Part shown: one piece after another, positions 1 to 7,553 of the stretch | Numbering within the stretch: position 1 is the stretch's first letter | How the letters are laid out: each line of letters begins with the position of its first letter | Assembly: GCA_027491435.1 (NCBI GenBank) | Contig: JAOZFG010000040.1 | Span: forward strand, 1 to 40,769 | Direction of reading: 5' to 3' | From: Thermoproteota archaeon | Lineage (GTDB): Archaea > Korarchaeota > Korarchaeia > Korarchaeales > Korarchaeaceae | Length of the DNA: 40,769 nt | The notes under the pieces: model-generated | Seen by the model: only the letters and a program-made list of their open reading frames with translations | Database searches by the model: none | Told to the model about the DNA's origin: nothing | Made by a program: the position numbers and the translations under genes

Positions 1-293
1 CCTGTCTCAGGGTCCAGCGCCACCCCAGTAAACCTTACAGCGAAGTTCACAACTGTCTCGTCCACGACAGCCACTCCCTTGCTTTTAACAGCCATGATCT
101 CGCTCATCCCGCCTAAACCTGTACCTTCCTTACCTTCATGGCCCCTAACGCCTAGCAAGCTAAGCTGGCTGACACGCCTGGCAGGCCCGAAAGTAAGCAG
201 GGCGTAAGCTACTACCAGCAGGGGGGTCCGCTCTCTAACGGAGTTGAAGGTTCTCTTTCTCCATATGACATCAGCAACCCTGCTTATAACCAC
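1..293 (-). pseudogene. IS6-family transposase, N-terminal part, probably degraded
   Basis: The frame is open to the window edge, but expected residues (HE-VRK, KVYW) appear in shifted frames, suggesting compensating indels. Not in the ORF track. Confidence 0.55.
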
Positions 294-311
294 AGCTTAA
301 GTTGACAACAT
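1..311 (-). mobile_element. Degenerate IS6-family insertion sequence, left end (truncated by window edge)
   Basis: The minus-strand frame from GTG at 293 reads ...RERTPLLVVAYALLTFGPARRVSQLSLLGVRGHE...VAVVDETVVNFAVRFTGVALDPET. This resembles the N-terminal HTH and first DDE aspartate region (V-DET...A-D-ET) of archaeal IS6 transposases. The minus-strand TGTTGTCAACTTAAG at about 311-297 resembles archaeal IS6 terminal repeats as I recall them. Confidence 0.65.
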
Positions 312-321
312 AAGGCACCAA

Positions 322-375
322 AATTTCATAATCTAAAGGGGATTATTGAAATTCAAGGACATAGTATTTAAATAC
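322..375 (+). promoter_or_regulatory. Inverted repeat (putative operator) plus TATA box upstream of ORF 410
   Basis: AATTTCATAATC (322-333) pairs with GATTATTGAAATT (341-353) with one bulge. The palindromic GTATTTAAATAC (364-375) contains the TATA-like TTTAAATA about 35 nt before ATG 410. Confidence 0.5.
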
Positions 376-409
376 CCTCCTTGAGGTCGCACGTGATGGG
401 GACGCGGAC

Positions 410-763
410 ATGAAGTTGAAAGATTTATCTATTAAGCTAATATCGGTTATAATTGCGCTCTTGATGGCGATCTCTCCTTTACCCTTAGCAGCGTATGCCG
501 GGAGTGCGGGGGCTGGCATAAAGCCTGATGTAATTAGGAGTTGCAGCAGGGTTTACATGTACGTTGGCCCTGGGGAATACGAGTGGGAGGTTATATACGT
601 AGGTCATGTGGACTCTTGGTCTGTCAGATTAGTTTATAATTCACACCCGTATTTCCTGTGGTCAGCCTTCTACTCAAATGGATACATATATATAATCGTT
701 CATAATTTACACCGATATAGTGGGCTATCGCTGGTCTTCGAAGTTTGCTGGACCATCTACTGA
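410..763 (+). CDS. Small secreted protein (signal peptide, Tyr/Trp-rich, two Cys); candidate antimicrobial or secreted peptide
   Basis: Basic N-terminus, hydrophobic core and AYA cleavage motif at aa 28-30. The mature 87 aa contain 11 Tyr, 4 Trp and Cys45/Cys113. Upstream TATA box; first gene of the ABC cassette. Confidence 0.75.
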   Translation: MKLKDLSIKLISVIIALLMAISPLPLAAYAGSAGAGIKPDVIRSCSRVYMYVGPGEYEWEVIYVGHVDSWSVRLVYNSHPYFLWSAFYSNGYIYIIVHNLHRYSGLSLVFEVCWTIY

Positions 764-772
764 TCATTATCG

Positions 773-782
773 TTTTATTTTT
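773..782 (+). terminator. T-rich tract between the secreted-protein gene and the permease (possible partial terminator)
   Basis: TTTTATTTTT shortly after stop 763, followed by an SD-like AGGAGG for ORF 802. Confidence 0.35.
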
Positions 783-801
783 AAAGGAGGGATAGCGGTC
801 G

Positions 802-2055
802 ATGAATTATAGAATATTTATAACGGACTCGAAGGTCTACAATATATCGTTAATTATAGCTCTAACCCTCATATACACCCTCTTCATGTTTGGGGTTTAT
901 ATAGTTCAATCTACTCAATTTATTAGCGAGCAACTGGAAAAAACTACTAAATATAGCTTCATAATGGTTCACTATATACCACCATCTGAGTACCAGGGGC
1001 CTGAATCCGCAGGGACTAAACTAATGGAGCAAATTTACGAAACCATAAATTATCTGAAAGGTCATGGAATAAAGGTATATGAAACTAAGTTTTATCCAGA
1101 TAAACTTCCCCCAGAGTATGCCTGTAACTACATGGAGGAAATGATAGACAGGTCCATGAAGAGCAAAGAGGCGCAAGAGAATTCAGGGGTAAGGGAGAAC
1201 CTAGAGTTGATAAAGGAGATAGCTTGTCTCCAAGGTTATTCTTTAGAACTAATAGCCATGACTGACGAATTTAACTGGAATTATCTCTCCTTAATTTCTG
1301 GAAGGTATCCGGAGAAGAGGGGCGAGTGTATAATTCCGTTGGGACTATACTATATGATTAACATGGGAACTGAGTTGAGGTTGGGGGACGAACTAAGGCT
1401 TACCAAGTACAGATGCAGGGTAGTTGGCATATACCTTCCGATAGAACCGACAACCCCTAGTAAGCTCGTCATAGTAAAGGGAACTCCGATGAGAGCAGGC
1501 AATGCGTTATACGATGAGTCCCCTGTAACAATCTACTGGGTGGACCTGTCAAAGAACAGGTCTGAAGTCCTCCTCAGAGTTTCCTCCTTATCCTTATCAG
1601 GGCATCCCGGATTGCCCGCAAGCGTTAGATTAGAGTTTGAGAGGTTCCAAGAGTTATCCGCTAATACCTCTTACCTCCTGGTGATTTTCTCAGCATTAGC
1701 TCTAATCCTGCTCACCTTAGTAGAGATGAAAGTGGAAGTTAGGAAGAAGGGCATTATCATATCCCAGGGCGTACCTACCGGCTTCCTAATGAGAGTTGAC
1801 TTCTTAAGAGAGGTCATGCTGCTACCCTCCTTACTTCTGGGATTCTTGACAGTTCATCAACTCTACCTGGATATGGTAAAGCTATTCTTCTCCAGTTACT
1901 CCATCACCAGTTTCCTAGAGCCCTACTTCTACTACAGCAGACCCTCACTTAACATCCTGATTTTGAGCCTGTTGTTGCCCCTCTCTAGGCTTCTAGCCTT
2001 GTTAGCCTACTGGAGGTGGTTGAATGGCAGGCAAGTCGGTAGTATTATCGGTTGA
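802..2055 (+). CDS. ABC transporter permease, MacB/FtsX (type VII)-like
   Basis: One N-terminal TM, a large extracellular domain with the GRYP-x4-EC-I motif typical of the MacB periplasmic core, and three C-terminal TMs. Adjacent to an ABC ATPase. Confidence 0.75.
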   Translation: MNYRIFITDSKVYNISLIIALTLIYTLFMFGVYIVQSTQFISEQLEKTTKYSFIMVHYIPPSEYQGPESAGTKLMEQIYETINYLKGHGIKVYETKFYPDKLPPEYACNYMEEMIDRSMKSKEAQENSGVRENLELIKEIACLQGYSLELIAMTDEFNWNYLSLISGRYPEKRGECIIPLGLYYMINMGTELRLGDELRLTKYRCRVVGIYLPIEPTTPSKLVIVKGTPMRAGNALYDESPVTIYWVDLSKNRSEVLLRVSSLSLSGHPGLPASVRLEFERFQELSANTSYLLVIFSALALILLTLVEMKVEVRKKGIIISQGVPTGFLMRVDFLREVMLLPSLLLGFLTVHQLYLDMVKLFFSSYSITSFLEPYFYYSRPSLNILILSLLLPLSRLLALLAYWRWLNGRQVGSIIG

Positions 2056-2665
2056 TGGGATAAGCAAGAGGTATAGAGACCTCGTCTTCTCCAACTTCAC
2101 CTGGGAATTTCCCAATTCGGGCATGTTCGTGATCAAGGGGCCTAACGGATCGGGCAAGTCCACCCTGCTCAGGGTGCTGGCCTGCATGGAGCCCCCGGAC
2201 TCCGGAGAGGTAAGGCTGATGGGCGAGGTTGTGAGGGATTACAGGGCCAAGGTGTACCATAAATACGCTAGGGTGATAAGCTTCAGCTTTCAAGAACCAG
2301 CTCTCCTCCCCATAAGCGTTGAGAGGAACCTGCAGGTTCCTACTTTAGTTGATGAGGGTAGGTTAGAAGAGGTTATAGATGCGTTAGGCCTCAGAAAACT
2401 TCTTAAGAGTAAGGCCACCAAGATAAGTGGAGGAGAGAAGAAAAGGACTGATTTGGCTAGGGCTTTATCGAGGAAGACGCCTGCTCTATTAGCAGATGAG
2501 CCTCTATCCTTCCTAGATCCCGAGTACGTGGAGGTCGTCACCTCTTTGCTGAGGGAGGAGGCCAAGCAGAGGTTGGTAATAGCCACCACAACGGGCTCAG
2601 ATCAGCTCACGGATGCTGCAGATACGGTTATAGATATAATGGACTACAAAAGGGCTAGACAATGA
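2024..2665 (+). CDS. ABC transporter ATP-binding protein
   Basis: Walker A GPNGSGKST, Q-loop FQE, signature ISGGEKKR, Walker B LLADEP. The H-loop His is absent (IATTTG). Confidence 0.92.
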   Translation: MAGKSVVLSVDGISKRYRDLVFSNFTWEFPNSGMFVIKGPNGSGKSTLLRVLACMEPPDSGEVRLMGEVVRDYRAKVYHKYARVISFSFQEPALLPISVERNLQVPTLVDEGRLEEVIDALGLRKLLKSKATKISGGEKKRTDLARALSRKTPALLADEPLSFLDPEYVEVVTSLLREEAKQRLVIATTTGSDQLTDAADTVIDIMDYKRARQ

Positions 2666-3588
2666 AGCATAAGACCCTGATGATTGTGGCCGACTTCCTG
2701 ATAACCTTTTTCTTGCTCACTACCCTGTGGGCCACCTACTCCATGACCCACGCCTTGAAGGGGAGGATAGGAAAGGTCAACTACTTTGCTGCCAGGAACC
2801 CAGTGCCTGCCGAGGGGCTCTATAGGGTCAACGTAACCACGTGCGGTAACCTGACGGTCGCATACTACTTGGAGCTTCCAGAGCCGGCCATGCCCTTGCT
2901 ACTCAAGGGCCGCTACCCCGATAAAGGGGAGTGCGTAGTCACACCTCTCCTTTATTCTCAAATCAAGGGCGACAAGTTGAACTTGGGCAACCTGACTTGT
3001 GAGGTATCTGGAGTAGTATCTATGTGGAGGGCAGTTAACGCCTCTAGGCTAGTTATGGTCAGGTCTAGGGGTTCTGGCTTTCCTATCTACGTTATTAGGC
3101 TGGATCCTCAACAGATTCAAGTCATCGAGTCTCATCCTGAGCTCGTCAGCCTAGCCCTTCCCCCTACAATATCAGCGATTGCTGTGGAGAGTTCCTTGGG
3201 GATGCTTAACTCTCTGACGACAGCTCTCACGGCGATCTCTCTGGTCTCCTCCGTCTTCCTATCTTTTATAGTCATCAAACACGAAGAGTTGGGTAAGTGG
3301 GCCCTAAAAACTGCTATGGGAAAGTCCTGGTGGTGGACTTCCCTTCAGGACGTAACTGTGTGGGCTTTAATTCTCTCCTTAACATCTCTAGCAGCCTATC
3401 AGCTGACTGCTACCGCAGGAAAAGGATTTGCTGAGCTCCTGCTAGGGTTGAGCTTGTCCGATGTGTGGACTCATGTCCCCCTCCTTGAGCTGGCCTTACA
3501 GGTCTTGACCTTCCCGGTGGCCTACCTTACAGTAGGGGCCGTAGCCTCAACTGTTGGAGGCCTTCTCCCCCTTAGCAGATCCCTTTAA
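2662..3588 (+). CDS. Second ABC permease, MacB/FtsX-like
   Basis: ATGA overlap with the ATPase stop. N-terminal TM, KGRYPDKGECVV motif, and C-terminal TMs with a LKTAMG coupling-helix-like motif. Confidence 0.75.
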   Translation: MKHKTLMIVADFLITFFLLTTLWATYSMTHALKGRIGKVNYFAARNPVPAEGLYRVNVTTCGNLTVAYYLELPEPAMPLLLKGRYPDKGECVVTPLLYSQIKGDKLNLGNLTCEVSGVVSMWRAVNASRLVMVRSRGSGFPIYVIRLDPQQIQVIESHPELVSLALPPTISAIAVESSLGMLNSLTTALTAISLVSSVFLSFIVIKHEELGKWALKTAMGKSWWWTSLQDVTVWALILSLTSLAAYQLTATAGKGFAELLLGLSLSDVWTHVPLLELALQVLTFPVAYLTVGAVASTVGGLLPLSRSL

Positions 3589-4143
3589 CTTCATCCTAGT
3601 GAAAGCGCTGTAGGATCTCTCTCCCACAGTTATATAACTTAGCAGGACTATCAGAAATAGCCCTAGCTCCAACCTATCAGTTAAGCAGGCCAAGGAAGCT
3701 ATTATCATCCTCTCCGGCCTCCCCGCCAAGCTGAACTCCGTCCCCTTAACCCCTAAGGACTCGGCCTTGGCCCTGACGTAGCTAACCATCATGGAGGAGT
3801 GTATTGCTAGGGCCGACATCAGGAAGTCCTCGCCAGGGAAGCCCATCCCCAAAAGAATCAAACCATCAGAAACCCTGTCAAAGACCGAGTCCAGGAAAGA
3901 CCCCTTCTCACTTGCCGAATTGGTAGCCCTAGCTATTGCACCGTCGATCATGTCAAGAAAGCCTGAAGCTAGTATAAGGAAGCCGCTGACCCTAACGTAT
4001 CCCTTGTAAAGGGTGTAGAACGTGAAAGCCGATAGAAAGAGGCCCATTACAGATACGTGATCCGCTCTAAGTCCGAGGTTGGCTAGCTTGAGTCCTATGC
4101 TCTCAGTTATTCCTGAAACTCTCGACCTGGCCCTCTCCAACAT
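3547..4143 (-). CDS. pgsA: CDP-alcohol phosphatidyltransferase (archaetidylinositol-phosphate synthase-like)
   Basis: Signature DMIDGAIARA...G.FLDSVFDRVSD, plus SYVRAKAESLG and GRPER. Confidence 0.9.
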   Translation of the reverse strand: MLERARSRVSGITESIGLKLANLGLRADHVSVMGLFLSAFTFYTLYKGYVRVSGFLILASGFLDMIDGAIARATNSASEKGSFLDSVFDRVSDGLILLGMGFPGEDFLMSALAIHSSMMVSYVRAKAESLGVKGTEFSLAGRPERMIIASLACLTDRLELGLFLIVLLSYITVGERSYSAFTRMKLKGSAKGEKASNS

Positions 4144-4194
4144 TTTACTACCATAGGGTCATAGGTTATCTAAAAAAGGTTAGTCCTAATCTAG

Positions 4195-4926
4195 ATGCCG
4201 GACGTGGTGGTCATACTGGTAGAGCCCGAGAACGCAGATAACGTTGGAATGATAGCCAGGGCAATGAAGAACTTCGGGTTTCGAAGGTTGAGGATAGTTA
4301 GGCCCATGTTCGACTCCTTTGACAGGGCCATGGCCGCAGCCATGAGGGCCAAGGACGTGCTTGAAGGGGCTGAAATATTCCTCTACTTGGATGAGGCCTT
4401 TGAGGGAATAGATGTGGTTATAGGAACCACCGCCAGGATAAGCAAGTACAACGTGGACCGTAGGGCCATACCCCTCAGAACCCTAGTAGACTCACTAAAG
4501 TGGGACACCGTATACGGGTTGGTGATGGGAAGGGAGTCCACAGGGCTTACCAGCGAAGAGCTCGCCAAGTGTGACGTGGTAGTCACCATACCCACCAGCT
4601 CAGAGTACCCCGCCCTCAACCTGGCCAACGCCACAGCTATCATGCTATACGAGTTCTACATGAAGTTCAACAAGGTCGAGCTCTGGGAGAGGCCGGTCAG
4701 CAGAAGGGTCAGGGAGATGACGCTCAACTATATATATAAGGTAGTGGGGGACCTGGATATACCGGAGCACAAGAAGAAGGGGGGAATGGCCCTAATAAGG
4801 AGGATCTTAGAGAGGGCCTACCCCTGTGGAGTGGGAGAGGGAGAAGCCCTCTACCTGCTGGAGATAGTGAAGAAGGTGTATGAAAGGTTAAAAGGTGGTG
4901 AAGATGTCCCTGAGGCCAGCCCGTAA
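4195..4926 (+). CDS. trmJ: tRNA 2'-O-methyltransferase, SPOUT TrmJ/LasT family
   Basis: LVEP...NVGMIARAMKNFG, GRESTGL, IPT...YPALNLA. Confidence 0.88.
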   Translation: MPDVVVILVEPENADNVGMIARAMKNFGFRRLRIVRPMFDSFDRAMAAAMRAKDVLEGAEIFLYLDEAFEGIDVVIGTTARISKYNVDRRAIPLRTLVDSLKWDTVYGLVMGRESTGLTSEELAKCDVVVTIPTSSEYPALNLANATAIMLYEFYMKFNKVELWERPVSRRVREMTLNYIYKVVGDLDIPEHKKKGGMALIRRILERAYPCGVGEGEALYLLEIVKKVYERLKGGEDVPEASP

Positions 4927-5410
4927 TTATAGGAGGTTACAGAGGCCTTACACCCGTAAGGAGTACATAAAGAGCATACCCTACAGCAAGATCCAGAAGT
5001 TCAATCACGGAAACGTACACGGTAAGTTCGACTACGAGATAAGGTTGGTGGCCACTGCTAGCTTCCAGGTTAGGAGCAACGCCTTGGAGGCGGCTAGGAT
5101 GACTGTGATGGCTCAATTGAGGAAAAGGCTGCCCTCTGATGAGCACTACTTCTTCAAGATAGTGCCTTACCCGCACCACATACTGAGGAAGCACGCAATG
5201 GCAGGGGTGCACAAGGCTGAGAGGCTCCAGAAGGGTATGAGATTGGCTTTTGGCAAGCCTGACGGGAGAGCAGCTCAGATCAGAACTGGAGACGTCATCA
5301 TGTTCCTCAGGGTAAACAAGGAGCACTTGGAAGTAGGGAAGTACGCCATGAAGTTGGCTAAGCTGAAGATACCCTTCATGACCAAGCTAGAGATTGTCGA
5401 GCTTGATTGA
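4904..5410 (+). CDS. rpl10e: 50S ribosomal protein uL16 (L10e)
   Basis: LRPARNYR, PYTRKEY, NALEAAR, YPHHILR, GMRLAFGKP. ATG 4904 follows a GGTGA SD. Confidence 0.95.
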   Translation: MSLRPARNYRRLQRPYTRKEYIKSIPYSKIQKFNHGNVHGKFDYEIRLVATASFQVRSNALEAARMTVMAQLRKRLPSDEHYFFKIVPYPHHILRKHAMAGVHKAERLQKGMRLAFGKPDGRAAQIRTGDVIMFLRVNKEHLEVGKYAMKLAKLKIPFMTKLEIVELD

Positions 5411-6017
5411 TAAGAAGTCCCTGGAGATCCTCCTGGAGAGCTTGGAGGGGATTCCCAACCCCTCCCCTGAACTTGAGCAGCAAGATACCCCTGCCGACTT
5501 GGCCTCCTCCCTGATTTCCTTAGCCTCCCTGATGGGCGACCTCCTGGGTAGCAAGGTGATAGATTTGGGGTGTGGATCAGGGATCCTCTCAATAGGCGCC
5601 GTCTTGGCCGGCGCTGAAGAGGCCGTCGGAATAGATGTGGACGCAAAGGCAGTAGCTACCGCCTGGGCCAACGCTAGAAGGCTGGGCGTTAAGGATAGAG
5701 TTAGGTTTTACGTCCAAGAAGTCAGGTCCTTTGAGGGGAGGGGAGACCTAGTCATTCAAAATCCGCCCTTCGGGGTGGTCAGGAGACACGTGGACCTGAT
5801 TTTCCTGGAAAGGGCCTTTAAGTCAGCTGACGTCGTCTACTCCATTCATTTGGCGGGCAATTCCAGATTTCTCAGCAGATTTGCTGATAAGCACGGATTT
5901 AGACTCACTCACGTGGAGAAGTGGCCCTTTCCAATTCCCAGGAGGTTCTGGTACCACAGGAAGAAGGTTGTGAGGATACCCGTTGAGATCCTGAGGTTTG
6001 AGAGGGAGATAACATGA
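5394..6017 (+). CDS. METTL5-family SAM-dependent N6-adenine RNA methyltransferase
   Basis: LEQxxTP, DLGCGSG, NPPFG; conserved position before csl4. Confidence 0.85.
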   Translation: MSSLIDKKSLEILLESLEGIPNPSPELEQQDTPADLASSLISLASLMGDLLGSKVIDLGCGSGILSIGAVLAGAEEAVGIDVDAKAVATAWANARRLGVKDRVRFYVQEVRSFEGRGDLVIQNPPFGVVRRHVDLIFLERAFKSADVVYSIHLAGNSRFLSRFADKHGFRLTHVEKWPFPIPRRFWYHRKKVVRIPVEILRFEREIT

Positions 6018-6598
6018 GGAGGATTAGAGTTACCGTTCCGGGCGAGAGCTTAGGTGTAGTGGAGGAGTACATACCTGGGGATGGTGTCCTAGAATCTGGA
6101 GGCATAATAACTTCCAAGTACCACGGCATCCTAAAGGAGAACAACAACAGGATAAGCGTTGAACCATTCAAGAAACACATATTCCCGCCTAGAGTTGGAG
6201 AGATAGCCCTGGGGGAGATAAGAGGTGCCGACAGGAACAGCTTCCTAGTTCACTTGGTTGCGATAGTCAGGCCCAGGAGGGGGCTTCTCGCCCCTCCCGT
6301 CGTGGCCACCATGAGCAAGAGGCCAGCCAACCTAGGAGTTAGGCCCAGCGACGTAGTCCTGGTGAAGGTAGAGTCCATAAAGGGCGGCCAAGTCACCGTA
6401 ACCTTGGCCGGCTCCCATGAGCTAGGAGTCATCAGGTCTTTCTGTCCCCATTGCGGCACCCCCTTAGTTAAGGGGGTCGGGTTCACTCTGATATGCCCTA
6501 GCTGCGGAAAGATCTTCCTCGAGAAAAAAATAAGTAGTAAGTACGGATGGAATCCATTCAGGGATGGGTTGATAAAATATGTTGAGAGGAAGAGGTGA
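6014..6598 (+). CDS. csl4: Exosome RNA-binding subunit Csl4
   Basis: VPGESLGVVEEY N-terminus, S1 domain, Zn ribbon CPHC...CPSC, RK-SS-YG-like end. Confidence 0.85.
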   Translation: MRRIRVTVPGESLGVVEEYIPGDGVLESGGIITSKYHGILKENNNRISVEPFKKHIFPPRVGEIALGEIRGADRNSFLVHLVAIVRPRRGLLAPPVVATMSKRPANLGVRPSDVVLVKVESIKGGQVTVTLAGSHELGVIRSFCPHCGTPLVKGVGFTLICPSCGKIFLEKKISSKYGWNPFRDGLIKYVERKR

Positions 6599-7226
6599 GC
6601 TTGAGAAAAGGAGTGTTGTGCTTGACGTTAAAGGAGAGTATTTAGAAGAATTTCTGGACTACGTGGAGAAGAAGTTGGAGGGTTTAAACTACTCCTACAA
6701 GTATACCCATGAGTCTGGGCTGAAGATAACCTTCGTGGGCACAAAGGAGGAGAACAAGGAGGCAGAGGAGCTTGTGAGGAGGTCTTACAGGAACTTCATG
6801 ATCGTGCGCTCCCCAGTGGGAAGGATGCACAGGTACCCGACAGACTGGCTTCTGGAGCACGGAGGCGGCGTTTCCTTCGACCTGCTCACCCTCTCCATAA
6901 GGGGAGCTGGCCTAACGGCCAGCTGGAGGGGAGACCTCCTCTACACTGAGTTAGACCCCCAGGAGATGGTCGACCTTCTGGGAGAGCTCAGGTCGTTAAT
7001 AGAGGAAATAAAGTACGAGGTCAGGCAGAGAAAGGCCAGGGAAGTTGTGGTGGCAGCTGCCGTGAACACTGGGGTGTCGCCCCTAGCCATACTGGACATA
7101 GCCGAGGAGGAAGGCATCCTGGAAAGGGACGAGGCTGGAATCTGGTGGTTCAGGGTGGATCCAGACCTGGCCCTCAAGAGGCTTATCCTTAAGGCCCAAG
7201 AGCTTGAGGATGAGGAAGGTGATTGA
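6579..7226 (+). CDS. Conserved archaeal hypothetical protein (DUF2067-like)
   Basis: Coding-like composition; lies between csl4 and rpoL, where DUF2067 is usually found. Confidence 0.6.
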   Translation: MLRGRGELEKRSVVLDVKGEYLEEFLDYVEKKLEGLNYSYKYTHESGLKITFVGTKEENKEAEELVRRSYRNFMIVRSPVGRMHRYPTDWLLEHGGGVSFDLLTLSIRGAGLTASWRGDLLYTELDPQEMVDLLGELRSLIEEIKYEVRQRKAREVVVAAAVNTGVSPLAILDIAEEEGILERDEAGIWWFRVDPDLALKRLILKAQELEDEEGD

Positions 7227-7514
7227 ATGGATGTAGTAGTGAAGGAGAAGTCGAGCACTGAGCTGGAGATCAGGGTCAAGGGCGAGACATACACATTAAT
7301 AGTCCCCATAGCTGAGAAGTTAAGCGAGTTCGAGGAAGTTTTGTTCGCTGGTTACGACGTGCCCCACCCGTTAGTGGAAGAGGGAGTAATTTATCTTAGG
7401 GTTAAGGAGGGAGTGGATCCCCTCTTAATGCTCAGAAAGGCCACTGAGATGGTCATCAGGGAGTTTGAGGAGCTGGAGAGCTCTTTTAAAGAGGAGCTCT
7501 CTAACCTCAAATAA
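7227..7514 (+). CDS. rpoL: DNA-directed RNA polymerase subunit L (Rpo11)
   Basis: KGETYTL, FAGYDVPHPL; 95 aa. Confidence 0.92.
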   Translation: MDVVVKEKSSTELEIRVKGETYTLIVPIAEKLSEFEEVLFAGYDVPHPLVEEGVIYLRVKEGVDPLLMLRKATEMVIREFEELESSFKEELSNLK

Positions 7515-7553
7515 CCTTTTTTATAACATTTGAGGTCATGAGGGGGTGTCATA

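Noticed and set aside
410-763. The secreted small protein as substrate of the radical SAM/SPASM enzyme at 37297
   Set aside because: The genes are 36 kb apart and in different compositional contexts; nothing links them.
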